A stretch of 64,000 bases of DNA from an uncultured Parachlamydiaceae bacterium (GTDB lineage: Bacteria > Chlamydiota > Chlamydiia > Chlamydiales > Parachlamydiaceae): positions 448,001 to 512,000 of the forward strand of contig CAVULX010000003.1 in NCBI GenBank assembly GCA_963742415.1, read 5' to 3'. Under the pieces are notes generated by a model. That model was not told the DNA's origin and searched no databases. It saw nothing but the letters and a program-made list of their open reading frames with translations. Below, piece by piece: positions 56,918 through 64,000 of the stretch; position 1 is the stretch's first letter, and every line of letters starts with the position of its first letter. The translations under genes and the position numbers were made by a program.

Positions 56918-58492
56918 TTATTTTTTTCCAGTCATTTCGCCGATTAATCTTTTGATCTGATTTTTTACCGCAGTTCGTTCATGCGAATTGCAAAAAGCGT
57001 AATATGTCAAAGAAGCTGAGATCATCACGTAAACCAAGCCCCCCAAAAGCAATAATCCGAAGGTTTCCCATCGATTTTGCATCACGGATAGGAACCAGGG
57101 TTGCATCAATTTATGGATGCAAAAGCCAATGAAATAGGGGCAAACTCCGGGAAAAAATACTTGGGAGATGAAGGTTTTCTGCGGGAGTTCAAAATATCGA
57201 TTGCAAAAATAAATATAGACGAACGCCGAGAGAACCATCATCGATGCCACAGTGTAATTAATGACCATAATGGTATAGCCAAACAAAGGAAAGGCGACAA
57301 CAGCCGCAGCGAGGACAAAAACCAATTGTAATAAGGAGTAAACCAATTCCCTTGCAGGGCGGTTAATGCTTCTGTAGATGGCAGAGCCTGCTCCGGTCAT
57401 GACATCCATTTGATAAGCAAAAGAGAAAAACACCAAGATCACGGCCGCTATTTCATACTTGGGATCTGGACCTAACCAACAGGTAATCAGGGGTAATGAG
57501 AAAGAAGCAAGAAATCCCATGATCAGGCCGGTCAGCAAGTTAACCCAACGGGTTCCATGCAAATAAATTTGTTTAATGGTTTCATGTTCTTCTTTTGCAT
57601 GAAGCTGGGCCGTTGCCGGCAAAAAGACGTTGATAACTGAACCCGGAAGAATCAAGGCTGTAGTAGGAAATTTTTCACCTACATCATAAAGTGCGGTCGC
57701 TGCAGGCCCCATAAATAACCCTGCAAAGACTTTTTCGATGGATCTATTGATGACGCTGAGGATCCCTGTCAGTTGGACAATCCCGCCAAAATGAAAAAAC
57801 AGGTTAAACAAAGAAGAGTCGAAAAATTTGAGCTTTAATGACAAACCCGGAACAATTTTAAAACAAGCAACGGCGCAAAGGAGGCCGCTGAACAAGATGC
57901 GTGCCATGTAGGCCCACAATAGGGCATAAATGCCAAAATGGAACACCAACAAGACCACAATAATGGTTGTTTCTAGAAAAAATGATATCATCCAGATCGT
58001 CCTTTCTATAACAAATAACTGCAGACTTTGCAGCATGAGGGCGAAAGCATTAAAAAAAAGATCTACAAGAAAAATGGCAATGGTCCAAAAAATCAGGTTG
58101 AAAGCTGTGGATTGCAATTCAGCTGAAACATGCAAGAGGTGCAGAAACCAAGGAAGAAGACCCCAAATAAATGGGAGTAAAATCAAGCAAATTGAACCGA
58201 CAAGAATCAATCCTGTCGTCGCTAGCTTGTTGATGTTACGGGTTTCTTTATTTGCCGCATAAACAGCAAAGTACCGAACGTAGACATTGGAAATGCCGAA
58301 AGCGCTCAAGCTGATGTAGCCAATAAAAATAAAGCAATAGGACCAAAGGCCATATTCAGCAAGAGTCACGTAATGCAAGATAAAAGGGGGAATAAATAAT
58401 CGGGTAACAAGGTAAACAATATTTGCTAGAAACGAAAAGGAGGCATTGCGTGAAAGGGTCGCTTGGATCTCTTGTTTTTCTAAAGGTTCCAT
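56918..58492 (-). CDS. Oligosaccharide flippase (Wzx/MOP family)
   Basis: Many TM helices; AEYGLW..; typical MOP-family layout. Confidence 0.8.
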   Translation of the reverse strand: MEPLEKQEIQATLSRNASFSFLANIVYLVTRLFIPPFILHYVTLAEYGLWSYCFIFIGYISLSAFGISNVYVRYFAVYAANKETRNINKLATTGLILVGSICLILLPFIWGLLPWFLHLLHVSAELQSTAFNLIFWTIAIFLVDLFFNAFALMLQSLQLFVIERTIWMISFFLETTIIVVLLVFHFGIYALLWAYMARILFSGLLCAVACFKIVPGLSLKLKFFDSSLFNLFFHFGGIVQLTGILSVINRSIEKVFAGLFMGPAATALYDVGEKFPTTALILPGSVINVFLPATAQLHAKEEHETIKQIYLHGTRWVNLLTGLIMGFLASFSLPLITCWLGPDPKYEIAAVILVFFSFAYQMDVMTGAGSAIYRSINRPARELVYSLLQLVFVLAAAVVAFPLFGYTIMVINYTVASMMVLSAFVYIYFCNRYFELPQKTFISQVFFPGVCPYFIGFCIHKLMQPWFLSVMQNRWETFGLLLLGGLVYVMISASLTYYAFCNSHERTAVKNQIKRLIGEMTGKK

Positions 58493-58498
58493 AAGCCT

Positions 58499-59080
58499 TT
58501 ATTTTGGAGCGACAGGCTTGCAGGGGTCTAACGTATAATAAGTCCTGGTAGCAGGGTCTTGAGCTATAACTTTACGGGCAAAATCTAGAGGCTCTTCTTG
58601 AAGCTTCTCTAAGTCTCCGCATCCGTTTACACCATAATAGGTTATCACACCCTCGGAAAAACTCAAGTATTTGAGCTGCCCGGCAGAAAAATAGGAGAAT
58701 TTACAGTTACCCACAAAGTTGACACTGATCTCAAGGCGGTTCAAAGTAAATGGGGGGCAATAAAGATAAGGTTTAAGGCAATCTGATGAGTTTATGAGTT
58801 GGAGGAAACCGTCGATCAATTGCAGTATCATTTTCCGTCCATTCACGATGTCATACTGAACGGGAGATTGAAACTGCAAGCCCAGCTTGCAAATTTTTTC
58901 GTCCATTGATCCAGTTTGATTGATTAAGCGGATATTGTTATGCTCCTCTAATTTTTCGATCCAATCTGTCACTGTCACATTCAATTTATTTGCATAGCTT
59001 TCTTGAGCTCCACTAGAGCGAAAGTCGACAGTATTGTGGACAAGCAGCATCACAGGAATGAAAAGTGATAAAAAATTCAT
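58499..59080 (-). CDS. Hypothetical exported protein
   Basis: 193-aa ORF with hydrophobic N-terminus. Confidence 0.65.
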   Translation of the reverse strand: MNFLSLFIPVMLLVHNTVDFRSSGAQESYANKLNVTVTDWIEKLEEHNNIRLINQTGSMDEKICKLGLQFQSPVQYDIVNGRKMILQLIDGFLQLINSSDCLKPYLYCPPFTLNRLEISVNFVGNCKFSYFSAGQLKYLSFSEGVITYYGVNGCGDLEKLQEEPLDFARKVIAQDPATRTYYTLDPCKPVAPK

Positions 59081-59229
59081 AACATTGATCCTCTAAATTT
59101 ATCAGTGTATCGACTCTATGTTTTTTTTCAATGAACGTTTTTACTTTTTGATCCTATTATATTGTTTTTTTTGTTATTGTCCGTTTCTATGAGAGGGGTA
59201 AACACACCAAGATAAAAAAAGCAGATGGG

Positions 59230-59595
59230 ATGAAGATCATGAAAATGAAAAATTACTTTCTTTTTTTTCTTCTTATGGTTCTTCCTACAATGGGATTTTC
59301 CCAGGCGTGTAAGCTTTCTGGCCGTTGTCAACGTCCCATAGAACCAGCCTTTGAAAAACTCTACGTCTGTCAGAGCCAGCTTGTCTATCTTCCCGATGGC
59401 TTATATTATTGCAATCAAGAGGGGAAGCTCAATAAAGTTCGAACTCTGCTTCATGACTGTGATGGGATGTATATTATTATTATCCGCCATCAATGCCCCC
59501 TGTGCGGCCGGAGTTGGGAGTTTCCTCCGGATGAAAATGAATTCGGTTGCCCAATCTATCAAAAAGAAGTTCTGCCAGATATCTGGAGCAAGTGA
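59230..59595 (+). CDS. Hypothetical exported Cys-rich protein
   Basis: Signal peptide; CPLCG motif. Confidence 0.6.
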   Translation: MKIMKMKNYFLFFLLMVLPTMGFSQACKLSGRCQRPIEPAFEKLYVCQSQLVYLPDGLYYCNQEGKLNKVRTLLHDCDGMYIIIIRHQCPLCGRSWEFPPDENEFGCPIYQKEVLPDIWSK

Positions 59596-59617
59596 TTTTC
59601 AATAAAATATTGAGTGA

Positions 59618-60469
59618 TTAGAGTTGGTTTGTTAAGGCAAGGAGCTCTGGAGTGGCTATTTGGAGCTTTTGGAGGGTTTCATTGTAGCCGGCGATCTCCT
59701 CTTTGACTTTGGTATGTGCTGTCTCTAAGCCAAACCTTGAGGCGATGTTGACAAGCCTGTTATTTTTTGCATCTTGCTTGATGTCGCCGATATCGTCGGC
59801 TATCTGAAAAGCTAAGCCAAAATGAGCTGCCGCTTTTTTCACAAGGGGCAACTGATCTGGATTTCCTCCTCCAAATAACCACCCATACACAAAAGAGACT
59901 TCAAACAAAGAAACAGTTTTTTTATGAATGATCTCTTGCAACGCAGAAAAAGATAAGTCGGGAGGAAAAATGTCAAAAAATTGCCCTCCGGTAGCACCTT
60001 GGATGCCTGTATTGTAGGCGGCATTCTCCAAAGCCAAAATGCCAATATGATCCGCCTTATGGGAAAAAGGAAGTTGGGTTCCTTTTAATGATTTTACATT
60101 TTTTTCGAGGCAGCCATACCCCATCGCAATCAAAGCATAGCTAACTAAGAGTGCTACAGATTCCCCATAGACTTTATGAACTGTGGGCTTGGAGCGTCTT
60201 TCCTCATCATCATCCATGCAAGGCAAATCATCGGCCACCAAAGAAGCTGTATGAAAATATTCGATGGACAAAGCTGCCTGGGAAACATCGGTATTAAATC
60301 CAAGCGCTTCGGCCACCAAAAATACTATGGCTGGCCTCATCCGCTTTCCCCCATTTGTCAATGCGTACTCGCATGCTTCGCTGAGTTTTGTCTTAAAGCC
60401 AAAAGCCGCTATATTTTCAATAATTTTCGCTTCGATAAACTGTTGATAATGATGAATGGATTTGACCAT
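59618..60469 (-). CDS. ispA: Polyprenyl (geranyltranstransferase) synthase
   Basis: GGKRMRP, DDLPCMDDD..RR, GQFFD, FQIADD. Confidence 0.92.
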   Translation of the reverse strand: MVKSIHHYQQFIEAKIIENIAAFGFKTKLSEACEYALTNGGKRMRPAIVFLVAEALGFNTDVSQAALSIEYFHTASLVADDLPCMDDDEERRSKPTVHKVYGESVALLVSYALIAMGYGCLEKNVKSLKGTQLPFSHKADHIGILALENAAYNTGIQGATGGQFFDIFPPDLSFSALQEIIHKKTVSLFEVSFVYGWLFGGGNPDQLPLVKKAAAHFGLAFQIADDIGDIKQDAKNNRLVNIASRFGLETAHTKVKEEIAGYNETLQKLQIATPELLALTNQL

Positions 60470-60623
60470 GCAAATATAGTACTCCAAAAAAGGTCTATTA
60501 TACTGTTTTTCGTTGTTTTTGAGAAACATAATGGCATAATGAACTCACGAATGGGTATGCAATCTCAATGAAGATTAAAAGTCTTGTTTAAAAATTGTGA
60601 TGCAACACAGAAGAAAGTAAAGT

Positions 60624-60673
60624 TATACCGAACGCGGCTCAAAAATTGGAATTTGGAGCTGCGGCAAAAACCC
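60624..60673 (+). repeat. Half copy of a palindromic MITE
   Basis: TATACCGAACGCGGCTCAAAAATTGGAATTTGGAGCTGCGGCAAAAACCC, near-identical to 61961-62010. Confidence 0.85.
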
Positions 60674-60690
60674 GCTTAAGATTGCTAATA

Positions 60691-61848
60691 TTATTGTTTA
60701 CACTCACTAGTACCGCCTTTTGAACTTCCCTCTTCCCCTTCTCTAGATGAAATTTTCTCATAGAGATCTTGTAATGACATTTGGCTCTCGATAGTTTTTT
60801 GAAAAATAAAAGGCCTAGGATCTTGGCCTAGTGTCCAAAGATCTTCTCGCATATGTTCAATACTATGAAATACACGAACACCCATCTCAACAGAATCTGT
60901 AAGATTATTAAATACACGAGCATTCGTCTGAGCAGTCTGATTTGCCAATGCTTTGTTCATTTCCTCTATACCTAAGTAATTGTCTGCATGTTGTACCAAT
61001 CTGTCGCCAACCTTTTTTTCTTGGCATGCAGTCCTCAAAAATTTGAGTATGTCATCAGCTGCATAATTGGCATTATTTTTGATCGTTAAAAGATCGTGAA
61101 GAACGCCGAGCTTTTCAGCTCTTTCCATAATGGCTATAGCTGATCTTATTTGTCCTGTCATAATTGCAAAATGCAAGGCAGAATTGCCTCTAGAATTAAC
61201 GTATAATAAATCTTCTACTCCATATGCAATGAGAATATTTTTGATTCCTTCGTAATTGCCCATTTTAACTAACAAAACAAGGGGATTATTTTGTGACTTA
61301 CCTATCTCGCCACTTTTTTCCGTAACTTGTTCTCCGAAATTGTTGGGTCTGGTTAATGCATTTTTAGCATTCTCATCTTGGCCAACGCGGTCAGCTAAAA
61401 ATTTGAGAAAAGAGTCGAGCACCTCTTTATTATTTTTATAATTCTCCAGCTTTCCAAATGCAAAACTAGCTAGTAGCTTAGTCAGGCCAGTATTTTTAAT
61501 TCCAGAATCTTCAGAATGGAATTCAGCCAACTCGGACATCAAATCTGGGTTTTTCTGATATTCATCAAATGTATGAAGAACTTTCACCTTTGGCGTTGGT
61601 CTTCGAACCGTAACAGGGGGATTTACAGGGAGATTTTCCGTAGGTTTTGGATCAGAGGGATTTCCCGTAGGTTGATGATTAACTTTTCTTTGGCCAAGGC
61701 CCAAAGAACTAGAATTCGTGTTTCCTCGAAAAATACTTCTGAGAGCCACTATAACAACCAAAGAGAATGCAGCAACCCCAACAACTTTCCCAAGGGAGGA
61801 ATTAAAAGCCGAATTTATAAAATTAGTTATATTATTTATTAATGACAT
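60691..61848 (-). CDS. Ankyrin-repeat protein with N-terminal TM helix, candidate effector
   Basis: NSRGNSALHFAIMTGQ (ankyrin), NNPLVLLVKMGN; TM VVGVAAFSLVVIVAL; Pro-rich linker. Confidence 0.75.
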   Translation of the reverse strand: MSLINNITNFINSAFNSSLGKVVGVAAFSLVVIVALRSIFRGNTNSSSLGLGQRKVNHQPTGNPSDPKPTENLPVNPPVTVRRPTPKVKVLHTFDEYQKNPDLMSELAEFHSEDSGIKNTGLTKLLASFAFGKLENYKNNKEVLDSFLKFLADRVGQDENAKNALTRPNNFGEQVTEKSGEIGKSQNNPLVLLVKMGNYEGIKNILIAYGVEDLLYVNSRGNSALHFAIMTGQIRSAIAIMERAEKLGVLHDLLTIKNNANYAADDILKFLRTACQEKKVGDRLVQHADNYLGIEEMNKALANQTAQTNARVFNNLTDSVEMGVRVFHSIEHMREDLWTLGQDPRPFIFQKTIESQMSLQDLYEKISSREGEEGSSKGGTSECKQ

Positions 61849-61960
61849 CGTTATTACCTTTTAAATTAAAAAAACTATAACATATTTTTATAATAATTAT
61901 CAATAAAAATAGCTTCGTTATAATAAAAAAATAGTTTCATTCAAAAATTCCAAAAGTAGC

Positions 61961-62033
61961 TATACCGAACGTGATTCAAAAATTGGAATTTGGAGCTGCG
62001 GCAAAAACCCAGTTTTTGAGTCACGTCGGTATA
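61961..62033. repeat. Short palindromic MITE
   Basis: TATACCGAACGTGATTCAAAAATTGG...CCAGTTTTTGAGTCACGTCGGTATA terminal inverted repeats. Confidence 0.85.
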
Positions 62034-62121
62034 AGTTAATGAGCAGGACGAAATTCGAGTTCCAACCCATAAGCTCTCTTCTAACTAACTAGATTTTAGT
62101 CGATCGGCTATAAAATTTATT

Positions 62122-63282
62122 TTAAGTTATCAATGAAGCTTGATCTATTGGCTTTAGGTTGATTAAGAACTGCTCAATTGGGAGGCAGAGAATTTCATTT
62201 TGGATGAGGCGTCGTTGGCCTCTATATAGAAAAAGGGGGGTAGATTCCGGGTATTCCTCCTTAAAAGCTTTAAGACCGGAAAAATCTCGTGGAGAGATTT
62301 TATCTGTATTTTTTACTTCGATAGCCCAAAATTCATTTTTGCCATAAACAATAAAATCAACTTCGGTTCCCCCACGAGTTCGCCAAAAGAAAAGATCGTA
62401 GCGTTCCTCCTGGGCATCTATCCAAGCCTTCAAATGTTGTGCAACAAGCCCTTCAAGAGCTGCTCCTTGGATTTCTTCAGGCTTGTCCAAAGGACCTGCA
62501 GGACGTAAAGCGCGAAAAACGCCGGCGTCGAATAAATAAAATTTCGGATGGGAAACAACAGAACGTTGAGCCCTTTTAGTAAAGACATCTAAGGTATACC
62601 CTAAAAGCATATCTAAAAGAATCTGCAAATAATTTGAAACGCTTGCCCGGCTTACAGCGCATTCCGTGGTTATATTATTTAAATTCAATGAAGATCCATG
62701 CGAAAAACTCATCACTTCAAGAAAGCGGGCAAAATTTCCCACATTTCTCACTAATGCCTCAGCTTGAACCTCTTCTTTAAGGTACAAGGATGCATAACTT
62801 TTAAGAACTCTTTCTGGGTTTGGATTATCCCAAACGATGGGTAGCATCCCTATTTCTAATGCTTTTTCAAGAGTGAATAGTTTTTCAACTTCATAAGCTG
62901 TAAATGGGTCCATGAATTTGAGTAAAGCTCTGCCCGCAAGAAGATCTACGCCCGCTCGTTTGAGTTTGCGAGCCGAAGATCCTGTAAGAATAAATTGATA
63001 TCCTTTTTTTTCTTCAATGATTAAATGCACCAAAGAAAGAAGCTCGGGGAGTTTTTGAATTTCATCAATAACGACCGTTTTTTTTAACGGCATTGAATGA
63101 AGAACCTCTAGCAAACGCTCCGGCTTCGCTCCGTAAAATTGAACCTCTTCGGGCAAAAGCAAATCAATCCAGATGGCATCTTTAAAATGCTCTCGAATCC
63201 AGGTTGTTTTCCCTGTCCCGCGGGGTCCGAGAAGAAAGAAACTTTGTTTTGGAGGGACGAGAAACCTTTTAACATGATGCAT
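62122..63282 (-). CDS. AAA_14 ATPase with DUF4143 PD-(D/E)XK C-terminus
   Basis: GPRGTGKT, IDEIQK, TGSSAR, KFYLFDAG, EVDFIV..AIEVK. Confidence 0.92.
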   Translation of the reverse strand: MHHVKRFLVPPKQSFFLLGPRGTGKTTWIREHFKDAIWIDLLLPEEVQFYGAKPERLLEVLHSMPLKKTVVIDEIQKLPELLSLVHLIIEEKKGYQFILTGSSARKLKRAGVDLLAGRALLKFMDPFTAYEVEKLFTLEKALEIGMLPIVWDNPNPERVLKSYASLYLKEEVQAEALVRNVGNFARFLEVMSFSHGSSLNLNNITTECAVSRASVSNYLQILLDMLLGYTLDVFTKRAQRSVVSHPKFYLFDAGVFRALRPAGPLDKPEEIQGAALEGLVAQHLKAWIDAQEERYDLFFWRTRGGTEVDFIVYGKNEFWAIEVKNTDKISPRDFSGLKAFKEEYPESTPLFLYRGQRRLIQNEILCLPIEQFLINLKPIDQASLIT

Positions 63283-63284
63283 TT

Positions 63285-63333
63285 TTACAACTCAATTGTA
63301 ACTTTGAGTCTCATTTTTACATTTGAGTTGTAA
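63285..63333. promoter_or_regulatory. 17-bp inverted repeat directly upstream of the AAA_14 gene, candidate operator
   Basis: TTACAACTCAATTGTAA...TTACATTTGAGTTGTAA (1 mismatch). Confidence 0.55.
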
Positions 63334-63344
63334 TTTTGCAAGGT

Positions 63345-64000
63345 CTATCTACTTTCTGCAGGGACTACCTTTGGCGCCGCGGAGTTTTTGATAAAGGAAT
63401 TGCTCTGGATCACTCCCCCAACATTGATGCAGGGATAGCAAAACACGTTTTTCCCAAGGATGGTTCCTGGATTTGTCACAGAATTGCATCCTATTTGGGT
63501 ATGATCCCCTAAAATCGCTCCCAATTTACGAAGGTTTGTGTTTATTGTTTTCCCTTCATGATGAATGACAATAGCTGATTGATCGAATTTTAGATTGGCG
63601 CATTTCGCTCCCGCCCCTAAATTAACATGATTGCCCAAGATCGAATCCCCCACATAAGCAAAGTGAGATGCATGTGCATGATCTAAAAAAATTGCATTTT
63701 TGACTTCTGTGTCATGCCCCACGACGCAATGGTCTCCGCATAGAAGATTACCCCGAATATAAGCGCCGTGCCTCACCACACAGTTTTTTCCTATTATGCA
63801 AGGGCCTTTAATGTAGCATCCCGGCTCAATGACTGTTCCAGAGCCTATTGATATCTGTTCAGGGTTGATAACAAAAGCTCCGGCAGGAATCGATGTTTCT
63901 ATGCTGCCCAAAGTTTGAGATAAAAGGTATTGTGAAATTTTCGCTAAAACTTCCCAGACGGCAGAAATGTGATCGAATATCCGGGCGTGTTTATAGGAAG
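63345..64000 (-). CDS. Chlamydial GlmU-like hexapeptide acetyltransferase (5' end outside window)
   Basis: Hexapeptide repeats, HFAYVGDSILG, RKLGAILGD; frame open to the window edge. Confidence 0.88.
   Translation of the reverse strand, partial: SYKHARIFDHISAVWEVLAKISQYLLSQTLGSIETSIPAGAFVINPEQISIGSGTVIEPGCYIKGPCIIGKNCVVRHGAYIRGNLLCGDHCVVGHDTEVKNAIFLDHAHASHFAYVGDSILGNHVNLGAGAKCANLKFDQSAIVIHHEGKTINTNLRKLGAILGDHTQIGCNSVTNPGTILGKNVFCYPCINVGGVIQSNSFIKNSAAPKVVPAESR

Noticed and set aside
1-64000. CRISPR array, cas genes or rRNA
   Set aside because: No regularly spaced 23-47-bp repeats with unique spacers; no cas or rRNA signatures seen

Overview
Chlamydiota chromosome segment, probably from an environmental Parachlamydia-like lineage. 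Markers are the Hc1 histone-like gene hctA, nqrF, the rumA-tgt-yajC block, the ispA/glmU-like pair, and a 29-aa AURKAIP1/COX24 (bS22-like) gene next to mnmG. Bases 1-16.5 kb form an accessory zone anchored on tRNA-Pro(GGG) remnants. It holds a frameshifted tyrosine integrase plus AlpA, an att-type tRNA 3' fragment at 2221-2268, a degenerate tRNA copy at 13308-13381, phage/defence-like cargo and a mosaic of gene fragments. Candidate eukaryote-directed enzymes follow: an Ntn hydrolase, an IQ-motif/PRTase-like protein and a sphingosine-1-phosphate lyase. The standout is a 14.3-kb de novo purine cluster (guaB-purM-purL-purQ-purH-purCE-purD-purN-purF-guaA) in a phylum best known for purine auxotrophy. 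It carries a PAICS-like PurC/class II PurE fusion, no purK, and a CBS-less eukaryote-type IMPDH; purB and purA are not in the window. The rest is mostly core genes, with several families of intergenic palindromic/MITE-like elements. No rRNA, intact tRNA or CRISPR array was seen. All calls come from motif recognition only; no database searches were run.
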